From positions 46,748,001 to 46,812,000 of the forward strand of contig OX597834.1 of NCBI GenBank assembly GCA_951406725.2: a stretch of DNA of 64,000 bases. The letters are read 5' to 3'. Below are positions 53,129-64,000 of the stretch, piece by piece (positions within the stretch are counted from its first letter, which is position 1; every line of letters starts with the position of its first letter). Both the position numbers and the translations under genes were made by a program. A model generated the notes under the pieces. The model made no database searches. It was not told the DNA's origin and saw only the letters and a program-made list of their open reading frames with translations. The stretch comes from Octopus vulgaris. Its lineage: Eukaryota.

Positions 53129-53427
53129 TGTATAGATTAGTGTGTAAATTTTCTGTTTGGTTACATTGTTCCTATTGTTTTTGTTGTAGTGTTTGTTGTA
53201 CAACAATGCATATATCTATCTGAATTTTTTGTATGTTTAATTAAAAGTTTGAAGAGATATCTGTTTACATTAGTACAACTACCAACATGATGAATGACTA
53301 CTTCCCCTCCCTTCTTTCTCTCTGTCCCCCCCTTTCCATTAGCAGAAGTCATTTTGAAATTCGACCAAAAGATCATTTACAAAATATAAAACATAATGAT
53401 GACCACAGACAAACTTTATTTAATTAT

Positions 53428-54045
53428 CTTTTTGTCTTTTACTTGTTTCACTCATTAGACTTTGGCCATGCTGGAGCATTGCCTTGAAGGGTTTTAGTTG
53501 AAGAAATTGAACTCCCAATACTTATTTTCTTAAACCCGGTACTCATTCTATTACTGAACTGCTAAGTTACAGGGTTGTGACAACATCACTTGTCAAGAGG
53601 TGATGGGAAGACACAAACACACACGCATATATATATGCACGCAAGCACAACAGGCTTCCACACAGTTTCCATCACTGAAAAGAGTGAATAGCCTCAAAGG
53701 ATGCTATAGGCAGGGCAGCGAGCTGGTAGAATTATTAGCACGCCAGGCGAAATGCTTAGTGGTATTTCGTCTACCATTACATTCTGAGTTCAAATTCTGC
53801 CAAAGTCGACTTTGCCTTTCATCTTTTCAGGGTCGATTAAATAAGTACCAGTTACGCACTGGGGTCGATGTAATCAACCTAATCCCTTTGTCTGTCCTTA
53901 TTTGTCCCCTCTATGTTTTAGCCCCCTATGGGCAATAAAGAAATATATAGTAAAAGACACTTGCCCAAAGTTCCACACAGTGGGACTGAACCCAAAATCA
54001 CATGGCTGCAAAGCAAGCTTCTTAACCACACAGCCATGCCTGTGC
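53428..54045. mobile_element. SINE A (-) interrupted by SINE B (+, 53708-53945)
   Basis: Homology to the other copies. Confidence 0.75.
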
Positions 54046-54407
54046 TCATAACAATGAAGCAGAAAAACAAAACAAAAACAACACACAGGAAGCAGAAGAA
54101 AAGAAGAATTTAAACATAGAATATATTTTAACTTTTATAGATATGACATGTCATCTCATTCTTTTCTATATGGCCACCACTACTAATTGCGTTATTTGGA
54201 AAACAAGCAACATAATACCAAGGGAAATGAATGCCAAGTATAAAAAAAAGGCATCCTTTACATACATGCTATATAAAGAATAAAATAAAAGATGCAAAGA
54301 AACAAATTTTAATTATGTTTTCCTTTAAATTACATTTCATTTTTCTTCTCTAATTCATTATTTTTCCATCTCATTTCATTTCTGTCTCAGATTGTTTATT
54401 ATCATTG

Positions 54408-54460
<53 letters not shown>

Positions 54461-54589
54461 TGGTGGTGGTGGTGATGGAAGTGGTTTTTGTTTTCTGAAA
54501 GTTTTTTTTTAAATATTTTTTTGTCCTAATGTTTCATTTTTTTCTATCTAATTACCAACTTGGTTCTTTTTACCTTGTTTTGTTTCACT

Positions 54590-55210
54590 TCTATCACACT
54601 CTCCTCTCTTTCTTTCACATATCTCTCCCTTTCATCCTTTCTCTCTCTCTCTCATCCTCTCTCTTTCTTTCTCACTTTTTCTCTCTCTCTCACTTTTAAT
54701 TTCTCACTTTCTTTTTCATTTCCTCAGTCTGTTTATTATATATCTTCCCTCTCTTTATCATCCTCTCCTCTTTCCCCTTCTATCTCTCTCTTTCTCTTCT
54801 TACCCTATCTCTCTCTTTCTCTTCTTACCCTCTCTCTCTCTTTCTCCTCTTACCCTCACTCTCTTTTTCCTTTCACTTCTCACTCTCTTTGTCTTCTTAC
54901 CCTCCTTTTTCCCTCTTTCTCCTCTTCTTTCTCTCTTTCTCCTCTTTCTCTCTCTTTCTCCTCTTTCTCTCTCTTTCCTCTATCATTTCTTTCTCTTTTT
55001 CACTGACCCTCTCTCTCTTTCTCCTTTCATTCTTCGCTCTCTTTCTCCTTTCATTCCTTGCTCTCTTTCTCCTCTTACTCTCTCTCTTCTCTCACTCTCT
55101 CACCATTTCTCTCTTTCTCTCCTTACCCTCTCTTTCTCTCCCTACCCTCTCTTTCTCCTTTCACTTCTCTCACTTTCTCCTTTCACTTGTATCTCTCTCT
55201 CTCTCTCTAT
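54590..55210. repeat. CT-rich low-complexity tract
   Basis: Direct inspection. Confidence 0.9.
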
Positions 55211-55426
55211 GACAATTCTTTTGTTTCCTTATTTAAAATAATCAAATATTAAAACTGTGCTTCGCTCTTATTGTTATTAATATTGTAGTTGTTGTTGTTA
55301 TTGATTTCTCTTGTTGATGGTATTATATCTGTTGTTCTTGTTGCTGTTCTCGTTGCAGTCTTTGTTATTACCGTTTGCATTACTATATGTGTGGGTGTTG
55401 TTATTGTTGTCATTATATTCATAATG

Positions 55427-55458
<32 letters not shown>

Positions 55459-55759
55459 GTTACTGCTATCAGTATTGTTGTTGTTATCGTTGCAGTCATT
55501 GTATGTGCTGTTGATATTATTGTAGTATTGTTGTTGTTATTGGTCTTTTATGTTGTTGCTGTTGTTATTGCTGCTGTCCTTGTCATTGTTCTCATTTTTA
55601 TTGCTGCAGTTGTTTGCTACTGTTGTTTAACTCCAGGATATCTCAGATCAAACTGACCAATGATCGAAGATAGTCCAACCACGACCATCCCACCTATTTT
55701 CCTGTTTTTTTCTGCCATCACATGTAGGAAATACAACCGATGCATGTGTTATCCTCTCT

Positions 55760-58700
55760 CACTCTCACCTTCCCTCTCTCTCATCATCTCTCTTTCCCTC
55801 TCTCTCATCCTCTCTTGCTCTCATCATCTCTCTTTCCCTCTCTCTCATCCTCTCTCACTCTCATCCTCTCTCTTTCCCTCTCTCTCATCCTCTCTCACTC
55901 TCATCCTCTCTCTTTCCCTCTCTCTCATCCTCTCTTGCTCTCATCCTCTCTCTTTCCCTCTCTCTCATCCTCTCTTGCTCTCATCCTCTCTCTTTCCCTC
56001 TCTCACATCCTCTCTCTTTCCCTCTCTCACATCCTCTCTTGCTCCCTCTCTCACATCCTCTCTTGCTCTCATCCTCTCTCTTTCCCTCTCTCTCATCCTC
56101 TCTTGCTCTCATCCTCTCTCCCTCTCTCTCATCCTCTCTCTTTCCCTCTCTCTCTCTTTCCCTCTCTCTCATCCTCTCTTGCTCTCATCCTCTCTTGCTC
56201 TCATCCTCTCTCTTTCCCTCTCTCTCATCCTCTCTCACTCTCATCATCTCTCTTTCCCTCTCTCTCATCCTCTCTCTTTCCCTCTCTCTCATCCTCTCTC
56301 TTTCCCTCTCTCTCATCCTCTCTCACTCTCATCCTCTCTCTTTCCCTCTCTCTCATCCTCTCTCACTCTCATCCTCTCTCTTTCCCTCTCTCTCATCCTC
56401 TCTCTTTCCCTCTCTCTCATCCTCTCTCACTCTCATCCTCTCTCTTTCCCTCTCTCTCATCCTCTCTCACTCTCATCATCTCTCTTTCCCTCTCTCTCAT
56501 CCTCTCTCACTCTCATCATCTCTCTTTCCCTCTCTCTCATCCTCTCTCACTCTCATCATCTCTCTTTCCCTCTCTCTCATCCTCTCTCACTCTCATCATC
56601 TCTCTTTCCCTCTCTCTCATCCTCTCTTGCTCTCATCATCTCTCTTTCCCTCTCTCTCATCCTCTCTCTCTCTCATCCTCTCTCACTCTCATCATCTCTC
56701 TTTCCCTCTCTCTCATCCTCTCTTGCTCTCATCATCTCTCTTTCCCTCTCTCTCATCCTCTCTCACTCTCATCATCTCTCACTCTCATCATCTCTCTTTC
56801 CCTCTCTCTCATCCTCTCTCACTCTCATCATCTCTCTTTCCCTCTCTCTCATCCTCTCTCACTCTCATCCTCTCTCTTTCCCTCTCTCTCATCCTCTCTC
56901 ACTCTCATCATCTCTCTTTCCCTCTCTCTCATCCTCTCTCGCTCTCATCATCTCTCTTTCCCTCTCTCTCATCCTCTCTCACTCTCATCATCTCTCTTTC
57001 CCTCTCTCTCATCCTCTCTCACTCTCATCATCTCTCTTTCCCTCTCTCTCATCCTCTCTCACTCTTATCATCTCTCACTCTCATCATCTCTCTTTCCCTC
57101 TCTCTCATCCTCTCTCACTCTCATCATCTCTCTTTCCCTCTCTCTCATCCTCTCTCACTCTCATCATCTCTCTTTCCCTCTCTCTCATCCTCTCTCACTC
57201 TCATCATCTCTCTTTCCCTCTCTCTCATCCTCTCTCACTCTCATCATCTCTCTTTCCCTCTCTCTCATCCTCTCTCACTCTCATCATCTCTCTTTCCCTC
57301 TCTCTCATCCTCTCTTGCTCTCATCATCTCTCTTTCCCTCTCTCACTCTTATCATCTCTCACTCTCATCATCTCTCTTTCCCTCTCTCTCATCCTCTCTC
57401 ACTCTCATCATCTCTCTTTCCCTCTCTCTCATCCTCTCTCACTCTCATCATCTCTCTTTCCCTCTCTCTCATCCTCTCTCACTCTCATCATCTCTCTTTC
57501 CCTCACTCTCATCCTCTCTCTTTCCCTCTCTCTCATCCTCTCTTGCTCTCATCATCTCTCTTTCCCTCTCTCATCCTCTCTCGCTCTCATCATCTCTCTT
57601 TCCCTCTCTCTCATCCTCTCTCACTCTTATCATCTCTCACTCTCATCATCTCTCATCCTCTCTCACTCTCATCCTCTCTCACTCTCATCCTCTCTCACTC
57701 TCATCCTCTCTCTTTCCCTCTCTCTCATCCTCTCTCACTCTCATCCTCTCTCTTTCCCTCTCTCTCATCCTCTCTTGCTCTCATCCTCTCTCTTTCCCTC
57801 TCTCTCATCCTCTCTTGCTCTCATCCTCTCTCTTTCCCTCTCTCTCATCCTCTCTTGCTCTCATCATCTCTCTTTCCCTCTCTCTCATCCTCTCTCGCTC
57901 TCATCCTCTCTCTCTCTCATCCTCTCTCGCTCTCATCATCTCTCTTTCCCTCTCTCTCATCCTCTCTCACTCTCATCATCTCTCTTTCCCTCTCTCTCAT
58001 CCTCTCTCACTCTCATCCTCTCTTGCTCTCATCCTCTCTCTTTCCCTCTCTCTCATCCTCTCTTGCTCTCATCCTCTCTTGCTCTCATCATCTCTCTTTC
58101 CCTCTCTCTCATCCTCTTTCCCTCTCTCTCATCCTCTCTCGCTCTCATCATCTCTCTTTCCCTCTCTCACATCCTCTCTCACTCTCATCATCTCTCTTTC
58201 CCTCTCTCTCATCCTCTCTCACTCTCATCATCTCTCTTTCCCTCTCTCTCATCCTCTCTCACTCTCATCCTCTCTCTTTCCCTCTCTCATCCTCTCTCAC
58301 TCTCATCATCTCTCTTTCCCTCTCTCTCATCCTCTCTCACTCTCATCCTCTCTCTTTCCCTCTCTCTCATCCTCTCTTTCCCTCTCTCTCATCCTCTCTC
58401 ACTCTCATCATCTCTCTTTCCCTCTCTCTCATCCTCTCTCACTCTCATCATCTCTCTTTCCCTCTCTCTCATCCTCTCTTGCTCTCATAATCTCTCTTTC
58501 CCTCTCTCTCATCCTCTCTCACTCTCATCCTCTCTCTTTCCCTCTCTCTCATCCTCTCTTGCTCTCATCCTCTCATCCTCTCTTGCTCTCATCCTCTCAT
58601 CCTCTCTTGCTCTCATCCTCTCATCCTCTCTTGCTCTCTTTCCCTCTCTCTCATCCTCTCTTGCTCTCATAATCTCTCTTTCCCTCTCTCTCATCCTCTC

Positions 58701-59618
58701 TCGCTCTCATAATCTCTCTTTCCCTCTCTCTCATCCTCTCTTGCTCTCATCCTCTCATCCTCTCTTGCTCTCATCCTCTCTCTTTCCCTCTCTCTCATCC
58801 TCTCTTGCTCTCATCCTCTCTCTTTCCCTCTCTCTCATCCTCTCTCACTCTCATCCTCTCTCACTCTCATCCTCTCTCTTTCCCTCTCTCTCATCCTCTC
58901 TTGCTCTCATCCTCTCTCTTTCTCTTGCTCTCATCCTCTCTTGCTCTCATCCTCTCTCTTTCCCTCTCTCTCACCCTCTCTCACTCTCATCCTCTCTCTT
59001 TCCCTCTCTCTCATCCTCTCTTGCTCTCATCCTCTCTCTTTCCCTCTCTCTCATCCTCTCTCTTTCCCTCTCTCTCATCCTCTCTCGCTCTCATCATCTC
59101 TCTTTCCCTCTCTCTCATCCTCTCTTGCTCTCATCCTCTCTCTTTCCCTCTCTCTCATCCTCTCTTGCTCTCATCCTCTCTCTTTCCCTCTCTCTCACCC
59201 TCTCTCACTCTCATCCTCTCTCTTTCCCTCTCTCTCATCCTCTCTTGCTCTCATCCTCTCTCTTTCCCTCTCTCTCATCCTCTCTCACTCTCATCATCTC
59301 TCTTTCCCTCTCTCTCATCCTCTCTTGCTCTCATAATCTCTCTTTCCCTCTCTCTCATCCTCTCTCGCTCTCATCCTCTCTCTTTCCCTCTCTCTCATCC
59401 TCTCTCTCTCATCCTCTCTTGCTCTCATCCTCTCTCTTTCCCTCTCTCTCACCCTCTCTCACTCTCATCCTCTCTCTTTCCCTCTCTCTCATCCTCTCTT
59501 GCTCTCACCCTCTCTCACTCTCATCCTCTCTCTTTCCCTCTCTCTCATCCTCTCTTGCTCTCATCCTCTCTCGCTCTCATCCTCTCTCTTTCCCTCTCTC
59601 TCATCCTCTCTTGCTCTA
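55760..59618. repeat. ~3.9-kb polypyrimidine minisatellite, ~40-bp unit tctctttccctctctctcatcctctctcactctcatcatc
   Basis: Direct inspection. It is the source of the S/L/H/P ORFs. Confidence 0.97.
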
Positions 59619-60072
59619 TCTACATTTTTAATCAAACATATATATTTATTTATTCATGGATTCATTCATACATTTTTATTTCCTTTTCTGTTTACAAATT
59701 TTGTGTTTAAAACTACTTTTTTTTTATTTCATTCTTTTCTTCTCTTTCTTTCTCATCCTGTTTGGCACAATCCACCTCCACACACTCACTCACAACCACA
59801 CTCACACACAACTACATTCATACACAACCTCACTTGCAACCACATTCATGTTTTTGTAATGTCCTCTTCATTTGATGCCTCTGTGGAAACTAAATGATAC
59901 CACTTTTGTCAAATACTAGGATCGATGGCACTATCTAGCCCCCCACCACCCCTTTCAGTAAAAATTACAAACATTTTGCCTGTATTAGAAACCATTATTA
60001 TAGTTGTGGTTGTTGTTGTCAAGGTAGTGAGGTGGCAGAGCCGTTAGCACGCCAGACTTAATTGCATCTTGT

Positions 60073-61372
60073 CCATTTCATTTCATTTCATTTGAGTTTG
60101 AGTCCATGCTCAGGCCAAGTCGAAGACTCCACCCTCAGAGTCTGGTGTGGTTGCCAGGTTGTATTCTCTGCTTAATTTTGACATGTGTAGGAGCGAGTTT
60201 GAGTCAGTTTGTGCTCGTTGTGTATATCCTGGGAGATGGGGTTCATCTCTAATGGTGCTTAAGTATCTATCCAGCTGCAATTTGAATGATTCCACACTAC
60301 ATCCTGATAGATTTCTGACATGTACCGGAATAGAGTTGAATTGTTGTGCTCCTCGAACCAACAGACTTGATTCTCGCAGGGTTTTTGCTGCCTGGCCAGC
60401 CTTTTTGTTGATTGGTGGTAGCTGGCAGCATCTTCCGAGACGCAGTGAGTGGTAGGTTTTGATACCAAAGTTTGGCACCTTTTGCTCTATCATTTTCCAA
60501 ATGTATATAATTCGGTATCGCTCAAATCTTCTTTCTATTGAGTACATCCTCAAGGTTTCGAGTCTTTGCCAATAGTCCAGGTCCCTCGTTTCTGAGAAGT
60601 ATGAGGTAAAATTTCTTTGGAGCGATTCCATCTTAGATAGTTGGCCCTTTGTTGTTGGTGACCACAACTGAGAACAGTAGTCAATCCTCGGAAGTATCAT
60701 ACTGTTCCAGAGGGTTTTCATTGTTGAGGTATCTCTTGATTTGAAGGTGCGCAAGATCCACCTGCTGTACTTTCTTGCGGTAAGACAGACTGAGTCAAGG
60801 TGTTCTCTGAATTTTAGGCTGGTTCCCATGTGGATGCCTAAATCTTTCACATACTGTTTTTCCATTATTTGTTGTCCTGATGGGTTTCTGTAGTTTGTTG
60901 TATTTTTCAGATCTTGATCTGTTCCGTAGCAAATTAGTTCAAACTTCTTATCATTGAACAACATGTTGTTTGTTTCCTGCCATTTATATATGGTGGTCGG
61001 GTCCTTTTGTAAGGCCTCTGTATCCACCTCGTCTTTGATTTGTCTCATGACCCTGGGGTCATCAGCAAAGGATGAGACGTTGCTGGTTGCATCTTCATCT
61101 ATGTCAGAGATGAGGATGAGAAACAGGATTGGGCCGAGTACTGTACCCTGAGGAACACTGCTGGTCACAGGTGATGGTGTTGAATGGGTTCCATTCACAG
61201 TGACTGTTTGAGTTCTATTTGTAAGGAATTCATGTATCCATGTACCAACTTTTCCTCCTACTCCTAGCTTTCGAAGTTTGTGACCCAGGATGCCATGATC
61301 TACCTTGTCAAATGCCTTGGCAAAGTCGAGGTAAATAACATGTGTGTTGTATCCATTCTCTAGGTTTTCTTT
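60073..61372 (-). mobile_element. 5'-truncated CR1-like LINE (third family): uninterrupted RT/C-terminal ORF and (AAATG)n tail
   Basis: YLDFAKAFDKVDH, VPQGTVLGP, FADD, DLGI, YCSQLWSP, FKLQLDRYL. The first few ORF residues come from the adjacent SINE. Confidence 0.95.
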
Positions 61373-61377
61373 ACTTT

Positions 61378-63465
61378 TTGAGTTCAAATTCTGCCATTGT
61401 CAGCTTTGTCTTTCATCCTTTTGGGGTCGATAAAATAAGTAGGAGCTGAGAACTGGGATCAATGTAACTGATTTATTCCATGCCCTGATAATTGCTGGCC
61501 TTGTGCCAAAACTTGAAATCATTTTTATTATTATTTTGGTTTGGCTCATGTTCAGTCTTATTCCTGGTAGGATTTATCTGGGTTGCAGGATACCTTAGGG
61601 GTCCACAAGTTTTCAGCAGTCTTTCAAGTTCTAGAACCCTCCTGATAATCCTTGCTATCCCTAAGAGACAAACTTTCTGCAGGAGCTCTGCCAGGCATTC
61701 TATTTCAATTTCCTTCTGCCATTATTATTATTACTATTATTATTTATTATTATCATTATTATTATTAAGAAGGCAACAAGCTAGCAGAGTCGTCATTTCG
61801 CCCATCACTATGTTCTGAGTTCAAATTCCACCGAGGTCGACTTTGCTTTTCATCCTTTCAGAGTTGATAAATTAAGTACCAGCTGAGCACTGGGGTTGGT
61901 GTAATCAACTACTTTCCTCCCTCAGAATTTCACACCTCATACCTATAGTAAAAAGGATATTATTATTATTATTAAGGCAGCAAGCTAGCAGAGTTGTTAG
62001 TACACTGGATGAAATGCTTAACGGTATTTCACCCGTAGGCGGCGAGCTGGCAGAATCGTTAGCACGCCGGGTGAAATGCGTAACTGTATTTCATCTGCCA
62101 TTACGTTCTGAGTTCAAATTCCGCCGAGGTCGACTTTGCCTTTCATCCTTTCGGGGTCGATAAATTAAGTACCAGTTACGCACTGGGGTCGATATAATCG
62201 ACTTAATCCACTTGTCTGTCCTTGTTTGTCCTCTCTATGTTTAGCCCATTGTGGGTAGTAAAGAAATAGGTATTTCACCCGTCACTATATTCTGAGTTCA
62301 AATTCTGTTGAGGTCAACTTTGCCTTCCATCCTTTCAGGGTTGATAAATTAAGTACAAGTCAAGTACTGAGGTCGATGTGATTGACTTACCCCTCCCCCA
62401 AAATTTCAGGCCTTGCACCTTTTGTAGAAAGGATTATTATCATTATTATTTTTAAGGTGGTGAGCTGGCAGAATCGTTAGCATGCCAGGCAAAATGCTTA
62501 GTGGCATTTCATACACCCTTACATTCTGAGTTCAAATTCCACCCAGGTCAACTTTGCCTTTCATCCCTTTCGGGGTCAATAAAATAAGTACCAGTTGATC
62601 ACTGGAGTTGATGTAATCAACTTACTCTCACCCCTAAAATTTCTGGCCTTGTGCTAAGGTTTGAAACCATTATTACTATTATTATTGAGTGAGAGAGCAG
62701 GACACATCATCAAAGTGACTCCAGGCTACAAATATATGAATCCCAATGTCTCCATCATGGCCATCTGCCTGATAAGGGTACACCAACCAAATGCATCAGA
62801 GCTATACGTGTGGGAGATGGTGATCTCATATCAAGATAAATAGCACATCCTGTCACATGACCACATGACCAACCAGGCTATCAAATATTGTTACACATCG
62901 CTGGTCACAATGTGCTTTGCATCATTTTAGCCTTCATACGATGCCATCTGATAGGCTAGGTGAGCAGGCTAAATAGCATATGACCTTGATTATTATAATT
63001 ATCATTATTAAGGCAGCAAGCTGGCCGAATAATTAGCATGCCTGGCTAAATACTTACCGGCATTTCATACATCCTTACCTTCTGAATTCAAATCCTGCCA
63101 AGGTTGACTTTGCCTTTCATAATTTTAGGGTTGATAAAATAAGTAGTAGTTGAACATTGGGGTCAATGAAATCAGCTTACCCCAACCCCACAAAATACAG
63201 GCCTTGCACCAAAATTTGAAACCATTGTTATTATTATTCATTTATTTCTGAAGGCAGCAAGCTGGCAGAATAATTAGTGCACTGGGCGAAATGCTTAGTG
63301 GTATTTCGCCTGTTGCTATGTTGTGAGTTCAAATTCTGCTGAGGTCGACTTTGCTTTCCATCTTTGCAGGTTGATTAAATAAGTACCGGTTACACACTGG
63401 GGTTGATGTAATCGACTTAATCCCCTCCCCCAAGTTGCTGTTGTGGTAAAAATTTGAAATCATTA
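61378..63465 (+). mobile_element. Head-to-tail cluster of about 7 SINE B copies separated by (TTA)n, including a nested copy
   Basis: Repeated aaggc(a/g)gc(a/g)agctggcaga..gagttcaaattc..catccttt..aagtaccag..ggccttg. Confidence 0.9.
61535..61720 (-). mobile_element. R4/Dong-like (RLE-type) LINE extreme 3' end within (TAA)n
   Basis: Reverse-complement translation LLQKVCLLGIARIIRRVL resembles the QKxxLLGTARIxRxVL C-terminus. (TTA)n lies on both sides. Confidence 0.65.
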
Positions 63466-63466
63466 T

Positions 63467-63902
63467 TACTCTTTTAGTCTTTTACTTGTTTCAGTCATTT
63501 AACTACAGCCATGATGGAGCACCACCTTTAGTCAAGCAAATCGACCCCAGGACTTATTCTTTGTAAGCCTAGTACTTATTCTATTGGTCTATTTTGCCAA
63601 ACAACTAAGTTATGGGGATGTAAACACACCAGCATCGGTTGTCAAGCAATGTTTGGGGGACAAACACAGACACACAAACGCGCACACACACACATACACA
63701 CACATATATACATATATATATATACATACATATATACGACGGGCTTTTTTTCAGTTTCCATCTACCAAATCTACTCACAAGGCTTTGGTCAGCCCGGGGC
63801 TATAGTAGAAGACACTTGCCCAAAGTGCTACGCAGCGGGACTAAACCCGGAACCATGTGGTTGGTAAGCAAGCTACTTACCACACAGCCACTCCTACGCC
63901 TA
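63467..63902 (-). mobile_element. SINE A, full length
   Basis: Reverse-complement homology to 12608-12995. Confidence 0.88.
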
Positions 63903-64000
63903 TTATTCATTTATTTTGTTTTATTTTTTATTTATATTTTTTTTACACAAAATTTCAATTTTCCAACATGATATTTTTCACTTCCTTATATGTTCTTTCA

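Noticed and set aside
55660-59710. 1323-aa and overlapping S/L/H/P ORFs
   Set aside because: Open in all three plus-strand frames because the CT minisatellite lacks stops; no domain content.

Overview
Eukaryotic, almost entirely repeat-derived DNA with no recognisable intact host gene. It is probably an intron or intergenic region of a large animal genome; the SINE, LINE and microsatellite mix suggests a coleoid cephalopod such as Octopus (inference). About 15 kb is simple sequence: TA/TATG tracts at ~2.7-11.9 kb and 28.8-30.2 kb, and a CT-rich ~40-bp minisatellite at 55.8-59.6 kb. These tracts account for most of the long ORFs, which are artefacts. The rest is decayed retroelements and DNA transposons: CR1-like, RTE-like, Tx1/L1-like and R4/Dong-like LINE pieces, a Penelope-like RT plus GIY-YIG relic, Tc1/mariner relics, two MITEs and dozens of tRNA-derived SINEs. 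The most notable signal is a dispersed set of short non-coding elements, often fold-back (inverted-repeat) and mostly sitting in TA microsatellites. They carry type I minimal hammerhead-ribozyme motifs with a palindromic stem III. Two related copies share a U3-A8 core variant and show compensatory stem changes. They resemble Penelope pLTR-derived or retrozyme-like non-autonomous elements. All coordinates were read by eye and may be off by a few bases.
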